Made by a program: the position numbers and the translations under genes. A DNA stretch of 61,116 bases, from positions 8,751-69,866 of the forward strand of contig CAVHCL010000128.1 of the NCBI GenBank assembly GCA_963634425.1, written 5' to 3'. Shown one piece after another: positions 27,590 through 35,085 of the stretch (the first letter of the stretch is position 1; each line of letters starts with the position of its first letter). The notes under the pieces were generated by a model. It saw nothing but the letters and a program-made list of their open reading frames with translations, was not told the DNA's origin and did not search any database. Source of the DNA: Bacteroidaceae bacterium (GTDB taxonomy: Bacteria; Bacteroidota; Bacteroidia; Bacteroidales; Bacteroidaceae).

Positions 27590-28761
27590 ATGCTGTGCCG
27601 CATATATGTGCTGCGGCACACAGGTGCGCTGCGGTTCTGTTCCCACTCGCAGCGGCGGTGGTGTCAGGATGCGAACGACGACCTGAACTGAATCTCGACT
27701 ACTACGAGAACGTGGTGACGAGACTACCTGTGGTGGAACTGCGCCTCGACGTGTTCTGGAACTACAGCATGGAGGGGGCAGGCTTGTATGACTGGCGTAA
27801 CGAGTGGTACTACGGATGGGACGAGGACGACAAGAAACTGTTCGGGGAGATGGGATACACCAAGCCTTCGTCGTTCCAGATACGCCGCTACTACACCGGT
27901 TCCACACCTTATGCGGCACACACCAGCGTGTCCTCCGACATCATCAGCGGATATGTCTACTCAGCGGCGTTCGATTGGGGCTTCTGGGACTTGCTGGCGT
28001 GGAACGAGGTCGCCACCGGGGACGGCGTGCAGAGCCTGCACATCGACGAGCAGTCCACGCTTGAGTACGTGACAGCGTACACGGGACAGACCATGAACGC
28101 AGCACGCTATCAGGCACCCAAGTACACAAGGTCGTTCTACCAGCCCGAGGCTCTGTTCTGCGCGTACATCGAAGGACTGAAAATCAACAAAGAACTTGAC
28201 GGATTTGAGTACGACCACGAACGCAGCGTATGGGTGAGACAGTTGGATATGCAGCTCTACCCCGTCACATACATATACCTGACGCAGGTGGTGCTGCACC
28301 ACAACAACGGCAGGGTAACCGGGGTGGACGGCAACGCCAACCTCTCTGGAATGGCGAGGAACGTGAACGTGAACACCGCAGTGGCGGGGACAGAGCCGGT
28401 GACCGTGCACTACTACGTGCGCTTCAAGAAGAACTGCGACATGAAAGGCGAGGACGTAGACATAGTGGGCGGACGGCTGATGACCTTCGGTATGTGCAAC
28501 GTCAACGGCAGCCGTGCCACGGAGGCTGTGGACGACGGAGTACGTCACTACATGGACGTGGACATGCAGTTCAACAACGGCATGGACTCCACCTTCGTGT
28601 TCGATGTCACCGAACAGGTGCGCAAACGGTACAAGGGAGGTGTGCTCACCATGGAACTGGACATCGACACCGTAAGAATCCCCACACGCAAGGGAGGCTC
28701 GGGCTTCGACGCAGTGGTCAAAGACTTCGAGGACGGAGGCACCCACGAGTTTGAGATGTGA
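27586..28761 (+). CDS. Putative pilus anchor lipoprotein (Mfa2/FimB- or DUF5119-like)
   Basis: The ATG at 27586 overlaps the upstream stop (ATGA). Lipobox ...AAVVSGC. Trp/Tyr-rich beta-type sequence. Its position directly after the DUF3575 gene and before the pilin genes matches Mfa-type operons. The family assignment is tentative. Confidence 0.55.
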   Translation: MNAVPHICAAAHRCAAVLFPLAAAVVSGCERRPELNLDYYENVVTRLPVVELRLDVFWNYSMEGAGLYDWRNEWYYGWDEDDKKLFGEMGYTKPSSFQIRRYYTGSTPYAAHTSVSSDIISGYVYSAAFDWGFWDLLAWNEVATGDGVQSLHIDEQSTLEYVTAYTGQTMNAARYQAPKYTRSFYQPEALFCAYIEGLKINKELDGFEYDHERSVWVRQLDMQLYPVTYIYLTQVVLHHNNGRVTGVDGNANLSGMARNVNVNTAVAGTEPVTVHYYVRFKKNCDMKGEDVDIVGGRLMTFGMCNVNGSRATEAVDDGVRHYMDVDMQFNNGMDSTFVFDVTEQVRKRYKGGVLTMELDIDTVRIPTRKGGSGFDAVVKDFEDGGTHEFEM

Positions 28762-28818
28762 AACAGTAAAGAAAGAAGAAACAAACATTATCAATAAACA
28801 TTTTTAATTTTTTAAGTT

Positions 28819-30549
28819 ATGAAAAAACATTATTTGTATCTTGCCACAGCACTCGCACTCGCAAGCTGTGCAAACGACGACTACTTAGACGGCACATCTC
28901 CGTTGTCTACAGGCGACGGCTACATCTCCTTCAGCATGAGCACGCCAAATGCGACACGTGGAGACCAACAGCTTACTGGTAAAGACGCCGCAATTGCCCT
29001 CAACAACGAGTTCATCGTGTGGGGTGAGAAGAACGAAGCAGACAACACTGCAACTAAAACAGAAGACCTCGTTTTCAAGAACTACCGTGTGCAGTATAAA
29101 GAAAATACCAACAACACTACTACCAGCAACACCGCAGGTTGGGAGTATGTGGGTCTCACACCTTATGAAAGCAGCAAAGTGTCGCCCTCAATCCATAAAA
29201 ACGCGAACGCTAAGCAAACCATCAAGTATTGGGAGTTTGGTAAGACTTATACTTTCACGGCTGTGTCGGCATATCAATCGGACATTACTAATGGTAATGT
29301 GAAGATAACAAAGACAGAGGGTTCAACAACCTTGGCTTCCAAAGTCAAGGGCTACACCATCGTGCTGACCCAAGGTGCTAAAGCGACGGATATTTTTGTT
29401 GCTGACCGCAAAGAGGTTAAATATGAAACAACTGCACAGTCCGTTTCTGCTGTTCAGATGCAGTTCCGCAACTTCCAGTCAAAGATACGCTTCGGTTTCT
29501 ACGAGACTGTTCCTGGATACAATGTGCAGATTACCGGGGTGAAGTACGACACCAAAGCTGATTACGTAACAACTGCTTTCGGTGTTGACGGCAAGTTCGT
29601 ACAAGTTCCTACAGGGACAAGCGACAACGACAAACTTACTTACACCGTTACCTATGACACTAACAACAAGCCTGTTGTGGATGTCACAACAGGGAGTAAC
29701 ACAGCGACAAAAAGCTATGAGGAGTTCGGCAGCTACGTCTTCAGCAAAGACCTTGGTACAACTGCAACTTCTGATGTTGTCTATGATAAGGAGAATGGTG
29801 CATACAGCTTAATCCTGCCCAATACCAACAATGATACTCCGATGTCATTTACGGTTTCCTACAAGTTGATTTCCGAGGACACAGGGGAGGAGATAACTGT
29901 CACAGACAAAAAAGTGACGGTGCCCGCCGCATACTGTAAGTGGAAGCCCAACTTCGCCTACACCTATCTCTTCAAGGTTAGCGACCAATCAACAGGTCTC
30001 TACCCCATCACCTTCGACGCTGTCGTAGAGGCTGACGAAGTTAGCAAACAAGAGACAATTACCGAAGTCGGCGAACCAAGCATCACTACGTTTGCCGTTA
30101 AGTCTGATGGCAAGACAGTCGTAGTAGACCAAGATGAATATCAAGGCAATAATACTATCTATGCCACAATTAACACGGATGGCGGTATGACAAGCTCTAA
30201 CACCAAACTTTATACGGTGACAGCGACGAGCTATGCTTCTGGCATCACCGAGGCTTCAGTTGCCAACTGTCTGGCACACGGAAAGAAAGGCAATGATACA
30301 GCTCCGACTACTTGGACAGCAACAGACCTCAACAATGGTGTATTGACGGTAACGGCTGTTACGATCAGCTCAGATGGAAGTTCGACACCAGCGTTCGTAG
30401 ACAATGTTCCTTCTGAAGATGGTAACGGAACACGCACAGTCAACGCCCTCAAGTGGACTGCAACTGCAAGCACTGTTTACGCAGTAGAGTACACCAATGG
30501 TGGTAACAAGACCTACAAGATTGTTAAGGTAGGTACTGCTGAGCAATAA
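28819..30549 (+). CDS. Type V pilin (fimbrillin/Mfa1-like lipoprotein), candidate major stalk subunit
   Basis: Lipobox LALASC. N-terminal strand plus Arg site GYISFSMSTPNATR/GD. Motifs shared with the next two genes: FRNFQSKIRFGFYETVPGY and YCKWKPNFAYTYLFKVSD...GLYPITFDAVV. Confidence 0.75.
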   Translation: MKKHYLYLATALALASCANDDYLDGTSPLSTGDGYISFSMSTPNATRGDQQLTGKDAAIALNNEFIVWGEKNEADNTATKTEDLVFKNYRVQYKENTNNTTTSNTAGWEYVGLTPYESSKVSPSIHKNANAKQTIKYWEFGKTYTFTAVSAYQSDITNGNVKITKTEGSTTLASKVKGYTIVLTQGAKATDIFVADRKEVKYETTAQSVSAVQMQFRNFQSKIRFGFYETVPGYNVQITGVKYDTKADYVTTAFGVDGKFVQVPTGTSDNDKLTYTVTYDTNNKPVVDVTTGSNTATKSYEEFGSYVFSKDLGTTATSDVVYDKENGAYSLILPNTNNDTPMSFTVSYKLISEDTGEEITVTDKKVTVPAAYCKWKPNFAYTYLFKVSDQSTGLYPITFDAVVEADEVSKQETITEVGEPSITTFAVKSDGKTVVVDQDEYQGNNTIYATINTDGGMTSSNTKLYTVTATSYASGITEASVANCLAHGKKGNDTAPTTWTATDLNNGVLTVTAVTISSDGSSTPAFVDNVPSEDGNGTRTVNALKWTATASTVYAVEYTNGGNKTYKIVKVGTAEQ

Positions 30550-30556
30550 ACTAAAC

Positions 30557-30606
30557 CGTTCCGCAAGGAACGTCAAAGCCGGGTGGGGTTCGACTCCCCT
30601 CCCGGC
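30557..30606 (+). terminator. Two tandem hairpins after the first pilin gene (attenuator or terminator; the second is tRNA minihelix-like)
   Basis: Hairpin 1: CGTTCC-GCAA-GGAACG (30557-30572, GNRA loop). Hairpin 2: GCCGGG-T-GGGG [TTCGACT] CCCC-T-CCCGGC (30578-30606), with a T-loop-like 7-nt loop. Confidence 0.55.
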
Positions 30607-30653
30607 TACAAGAAACGCTGCTACCTCCCTCCCACAAAAACGCTAAGCCGTTA

Positions 30654-30685
30654 TTTGTGAGAATTACTGGATAGTCGTATCTTTG
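30654..30685 (+). promoter_or_regulatory. Bacteroides-type internal promoter P2
   Basis: TTTG at 30654-30657, a 20-nt spacer, then TATCTTTG at 30678-30685. This is the same -7 octamer as P1. It lies 132 nt upstream of the ATG at 30817. Confidence 0.55.
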
Positions 30686-30720
30686 CAGCGAATAAAAGGA
30701 TAATGGGTGGCACTGTGCCG

Positions 30721-30808
30721 CCATAGAAGCTATAGAGAATCTATGAGATCTATAAGTCCTATAGGCTATAGAAAACCTAAAAGCATAGAGGCACTATAGA
30801 GCCTACAT
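30721..30808. repeat. Phased ~9-bp palindrome array #2 (about 10 degenerate units)
   Basis: CTATAG-type cores (CCATAG, CTATAG, CTATGA, CTATAA, CTATAG, CTATAG, CTAAAA, CATAGA, CTATAG, CTACAT) start near 30721, 30730, 30741, 30750, 30759, 30766, 30777, 30784, 30794 and 30803. Spacing is 7-11 nt with a mean near 9. The array ends 8 nt before the ATG at 30817. Confidence 0.85.
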
Positions 30809-30816
30809 AACATGTA

Positions 30817-32823
30817 ATGTATAAGAGAATAGGAGTATATATATTGGCGGTGGGCCTGACGGCCTGTGTGGACGACTACTACAACGGGGGCTACTCTGCT
30901 CCCAACGGAGGAGGCATCTCTTTCGTCAATGCAGTCGTGCCTTTCACCCGTACCGGGAAGACCGGCAAGAATGCCGCCGATATGCTTGGAAACAGGTTCT
31001 TCGTCTATGGCATAAAGAACGAGAGCTTAGGCGCAGACGCTCTTGCCGCCGAAAACCTTGTGTTCCAAAACTACAAGGTGACGTACTCCGACGGCACCGG
31101 AGGTTCCTCCGTGGACAACAGCAGCGGATGGGGATATATAGGCAACGCCCTTTCCTACGACGAGGCTGCCAACCTGCGGGACAACATCGGCACTGCCGCA
31201 CAGGCCGTGAAATACTGGGACTACAATGCCGCCGACTATACCTTCTATGCGTTTGCCATCGCCAACAACGACCTTGAGGACGGCAAGATGAAGGTGACGA
31301 AGAACACCGGCAGCACCTTTGACACCTATCGCAACGGCTACACCATAGAGATGGCTGCGGATGCCGAGCCTACAGACCTCTATCTTGCCGACCGCATACA
31401 CATAACGGCATCCTCCAACACCGACCAGACACAGAGCAACGCCTACGGCGGCAAGGTGAGCTTCAACTTCCGCAACGCCATGGCGAAGGTGCGCGTGGGG
31501 ATGTACGAGACCGTCCCCGGCTATTCGCTCACCATCGACGCATTCCGCACTGTCGACGAGACAATGCCTTCGTTCGGTGACATGACGACGGAGAACACCG
31601 GTCAGTTCGCCGCCAACCTGAGCCACAACACACCGTACAAGGAGGGTACTATGACAGTGACGTACACAGACCGACACGCCACGGAAGAGAACATACCAGT
31701 GGTCGTTTTCGGCGGGACGAAGGACAATGTGCTCACTCTCGGCGACAACCTCCGGCAAGGGACGGTGCTCGGCGACAACGCCGCCGACGTGGTATACGAC
31801 AAGAGCGACGACGGCTATACCGCCATATATCCCATGGAGTACAACGCCCACAGTCTGAAGGTGAAGATGGACTTCACCCTGAAGTCCAAAGTGGGCGAGA
31901 CCATAGAGGTGAGGAACGCCACGGCGGAGGTGCCGGCCGCCTACTTGAAGTGGAAACCGGGATGTGCCTACACCTACATCTTCAAAATCAGCGACCAGAC
32001 CAACGCCACCGTAGGCAGCCTCACTGGGCTCTACCCCATAACGTTCGACTGCGTGGCAGTCAGCGACGGCACAGGAGAGGAGGAGAAGATATCCAACACA
32101 GGCAATGATGTCAACATAGTCACCATGGGCTACAACCCCGACTTGCGGCTCGTCACCGTGGGGCATGATGACTACAATGCCGGCAACACCGTCTATGCGT
32201 CATTCGTGGACAACAACACCCTCGTGACCGCCACATCGTCAAACACGAGACTCTTCGTCGCCACCACCACCGACCCAGAGAACTACCCCGTCACGCAAGC
32301 CAACGTGTCGACGTACATCAACAGCTACACCGCCGACAACACCCTCGTGGACCAACCTGTGACGGTGTACGGGCAGACTATAGCCGACGACGACTTCGTG
32401 AACGAGGTGCCTATGGGCGACGGCACCGATGCCATGCGTTCCTTGCCGGCAGTGAGATGGACGGCGGAGAGACGCGTCTACGCCGTGGAGTACACCACCT
32501 CGGACTCCAAGAGATATTACAAGATAGTGAAGGTGGACGGCTACGACGGACAGACCTCCGGCACGCTGTCGCTCAATCCTGCTGTAATAGAAAACTCCGG
32601 CGGCACAATAACACCGTCACTCACTGTGGACGGCATCACGGCATCCAATGCCGATGTCACGTACGCCCTCGACGCCGATGTGCCGTCGGGAGTGACCGTC
32701 AACGACAACGAGTCGGAGAATGTAACCATCACGGTGCCCGGCCAGACAACGGCAGGCACCTACACCATCATCGCCACCTACAACCGCAGGACGTACAGGA
32801 CATCCTTCAAGGTAAACCAGTAG
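30817..32823 (+). CDS. Type V pilin (fimbrillin/Mfa1-like lipoprotein), paralog 2, with a C-terminal Ig-like extension
   Basis: Lipobox GLTAC. GGISFVNAVVPFTR/TG. FRNAMAKVRVGMYETVPGY. YLKWKPGCAYTYIFKISD...GLYPITFDCVAV. Confidence 0.75.
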   Translation: MYKRIGVYILAVGLTACVDDYYNGGYSAPNGGGISFVNAVVPFTRTGKTGKNAADMLGNRFFVYGIKNESLGADALAAENLVFQNYKVTYSDGTGGSSVDNSSGWGYIGNALSYDEAANLRDNIGTAAQAVKYWDYNAADYTFYAFAIANNDLEDGKMKVTKNTGSTFDTYRNGYTIEMAADAEPTDLYLADRIHITASSNTDQTQSNAYGGKVSFNFRNAMAKVRVGMYETVPGYSLTIDAFRTVDETMPSFGDMTTENTGQFAANLSHNTPYKEGTMTVTYTDRHATEENIPVVVFGGTKDNVLTLGDNLRQGTVLGDNAADVVYDKSDDGYTAIYPMEYNAHSLKVKMDFTLKSKVGETIEVRNATAEVPAAYLKWKPGCAYTYIFKISDQTNATVGSLTGLYPITFDCVAVSDGTGEEEKISNTGNDVNIVTMGYNPDLRLVTVGHDDYNAGNTVYASFVDNNTLVTATSSNTRLFVATTTDPENYPVTQANVSTYINSYTADNTLVDQPVTVYGQTIADDDFVNEVPMGDGTDAMRSLPAVRWTAERRVYAVEYTTSDSKRYYKIVKVDGYDGQTSGTLSLNPAVIENSGGTITPSLTVDGITASNADVTYALDADVPSGVTVNDNESENVTITVPGQTTAGTYTIIATYNRRTYRTSFKVNQ

Positions 32824-32826
32824 AGA

Positions 32827-34017
32827 ATGAACGAGGGAACATTCCATACAAGCATACTCCCCTCCGCGGCCGCACTGCTTGCCGTCCTTGCGGCAGCGAC
32901 GCTGTGCTGCTGCTCCGACGACGTGCCCGACAACCCAAGCGGCAAGGAATACAGCATCTCGTTCAACACTGGCAGCGGCACAGAACAGGCGACACGCGCC
33001 GGTTCGCAGACGGGACTGCACACCCTCGGCCACGACCAGATAACGGTCTACGGCTACAAGACACTCAACGGCATGGTACAGAACGTGATGCCTGGCTACA
33101 CCCTCAACTACACAGAAAACTCCGCCAACTCTTCCACTACCAACACCACCGGCTGGGAGTACGTGGGACAAGGCACCGACTACTTGGGACAAATGCAGGA
33201 GATAAAATACTGGGACGGCAACAGCAGCGACTACCGCTTCTTCGCCGTGCTGCCCAACTATAAGAACAACCTGCGATACAACGGCAGCGTGATAGACGCG
33301 AGCACAGAGGTGTCGGCAGACGGCAGCTTCAGCATGGTGTTCGACGGACTGGAGTACATAACCCACACTAAGGACGGCAAATACAAAACCAGCGACGGCA
33401 CCGAGGTGGCAGAGAAGAACATCCCGATGTACGGTGCGTTGTGGCAGGGCAACCCTGCCAAGTGTTACGACACCCCGGTACAGTTGGTGTTTGTGAAACC
33501 TTACGCCCTCGTGCGCTTGGAGTTCGAACGCCCCGAGGGAACGTCAACGACACAGCTCGGCAAAGATGACGACGCAACGCATAACATCACCTTCGGTCCC
33601 AAGGACGGATCCGAGCTTACCGGCGACGGCTCAGTGAATGTCAGCTGGGACATGACAGGCAGCCGTGAGACAGCTACCGCCACGGCAGGAACGGTGACTC
33701 TGCCCACGATGACCCTCGACCCTCTGGAGCTCACCAACCAGAACGAACGCTATCAGGCATGGCCGGAATATCTGATGATTCCCACGTCCAGCACCGTGGA
33801 CTTCCTCTGCACCGCCTACGTGTACACCGACAACAGTTCGGGAGATGACTTCGACGAGCGCACAGCCGTCATCCCTGCGGAGTACATGAAGTGGAGACCC
33901 GGTTACCTGTACACATACGTGTTCAAAATAACAACGAACAACAAACTCGAGTTCAGTCATGCCGTGGAGGTGTACACCAAGTGGCAGGCAGGGTACGTGG
34001 ACACCACCACATGGTAA
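32827..34017 (+). CDS. Type V pilin-like lipoprotein, paralog 3
   Basis: Lipobox-like ATLCCCS. YSISFNTGSGTEQATR/AG. YMKWRPGYLYTYVFKIT. Only a 3-nt gap separates it from the previous gene. Confidence 0.7.
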   Translation: MNEGTFHTSILPSAAALLAVLAAATLCCCSDDVPDNPSGKEYSISFNTGSGTEQATRAGSQTGLHTLGHDQITVYGYKTLNGMVQNVMPGYTLNYTENSANSSTTNTTGWEYVGQGTDYLGQMQEIKYWDGNSSDYRFFAVLPNYKNNLRYNGSVIDASTEVSADGSFSMVFDGLEYITHTKDGKYKTSDGTEVAEKNIPMYGALWQGNPAKCYDTPVQLVFVKPYALVRLEFERPEGTSTTQLGKDDDATHNITFGPKDGSELTGDGSVNVSWDMTGSRETATATAGTVTLPTMTLDPLELTNQNERYQAWPEYLMIPTSSTVDFLCTAYVYTDNSSGDDFDERTAVIPAEYMKWRPGYLYTYVFKITTNNKLEFSHAVEVYTKWQAGYVDTTTW

Positions 34018-34038
34018 GAAGAACAAAAGGACAGAGAA

Positions 34039-35061
34039 TTGATGAAACGTGCACTCCATATAATATTCCCACTGCTGGCACTGCTGCCGATGGCATGCTC
34101 CACCGACGACGGCACACTGGAGACAAGGGTCGTGACGCTCGAAATCCCCGTCGACATATACCGTGCCAACACCTCCACTGCCACACGCGCCGCAGAGCAA
34201 GGCGACCCTGGCAATGACGTGGTGTTCGAGGCTCCGCTCTATCTCTACGTATACGCCTTCGTGTCGGAGACAGGCGGCAGCGAAGTGCTGACGCAGACTT
34301 TCACCTATACAGACGACCAGACGGCGACGGAATGGGAAAGACGCGACACGGACACCAAGGACGAGCGGTGGCACAAGAACGTGCGCGTGACGTTCCGCAT
34401 CAGCAGCGACTTCAACAAAGTCCTAGGCAAGAACCGCGTGTATGCCATAGCGTCGCGCACCGACCTCAGCGGCGTGCTGCCAGGCAGCATGGCCAACTAC
34501 ACCATGGAAAGGATAGAAGCCATAGAGTGCGACTTCTCTGCGTTCTCTTCCAGTCAACTGAAGGACATCTACTCAACGCCCGCCAACGACCGTTCCTCTC
34601 CAGCCGCAAGCACCGACAACGGCGTTATAATGAGCAACAACGACGTGCTGACATGTAGTGCGGTGAAGCTCTACCACGCTGCGGCGAAGGTGGACTTCAC
34701 ATGGGAGATACCGTCATCGCTGCGCCAGACGGTGGAGCTGCAGAAGATAGAGTGCACTGGGCTGCCCTCTAAGTGTAAGATATTCGTGCCCACGGGCAAC
34801 ACCGCCGGCACATCCTCCTCCGTGGTCTTGGGAGAAGGTATGGACAATCCGTCGTTTGAAGTCAACGAGGGCAACAAATGGACAGGGCGCGCCTACGCCT
34901 ATATGCTCCAGCCGCCGTCGCCCGGCACGATAAACTACACAGTCACCTACGGCGGTTCGGGCTTGCGTCCGCAGACAAACGGCGCAGTCACCCCCGCCAC
35001 AGACACCTACAGCAACATCTACACCGGTTGGTATCGGGTGATAGCGAGTGTGAAAGAATAA
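34039..35061 (+). CDS. Pilin-like accessory lipoprotein
   Basis: Lipobox LLPMAC. N-terminal strand plus Arg site ...NTSTATR/AAE. Beta-rich. It sits between the pilin genes and the giant gene. Confidence 0.55.
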   Translation: MMKRALHIIFPLLALLPMACSTDDGTLETRVVTLEIPVDIYRANTSTATRAAEQGDPGNDVVFEAPLYLYVYAFVSETGGSEVLTQTFTYTDDQTATEWERRDTDTKDERWHKNVRVTFRISSDFNKVLGKNRVYAIASRTDLSGVLPGSMANYTMERIEAIECDFSAFSSSQLKDIYSTPANDRSSPAASTDNGVIMSNNDVLTCSAVKLYHAAAKVDFTWEIPSSLRQTVELQKIECTGLPSKCKIFVPTGNTAGTSSSVVLGEGMDNPSFEVNEGNKWTGRAYAYMLQPPSPGTINYTVTYGGSGLRPQTNGAVTPATDTYSNIYTGWYRVIASVKE

Positions 35062-35085
35062 TGTGAAACAAAAGCATACGCTATA

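Noticed and set aside
30578-30606. Possible tRNA gene or fragment (GGGGTTCGACTCCCC T-arm)
   Set aside because: Only an acceptor-like stem plus a T-arm is present. There is no D arm, anticodon arm or 5' acceptor context of correct length. It is reported as a structural mimic or relic, not as a tRNA.
30721-30808. Could the short-period arrays (here and at 25874, 47479, 57115) be CRISPR or minisatellite coding repeats?
   Set aside because: A 9-bp period with no unique spacers is incompatible with CRISPR, and there are no cas genes. The arrays are intergenic and full of in-frame TAG/TAA stops, so they are not translated repeats. The LE-rich reverse-strand ORFs (25606-25959, 57117-57332) are artefacts of the repeat.
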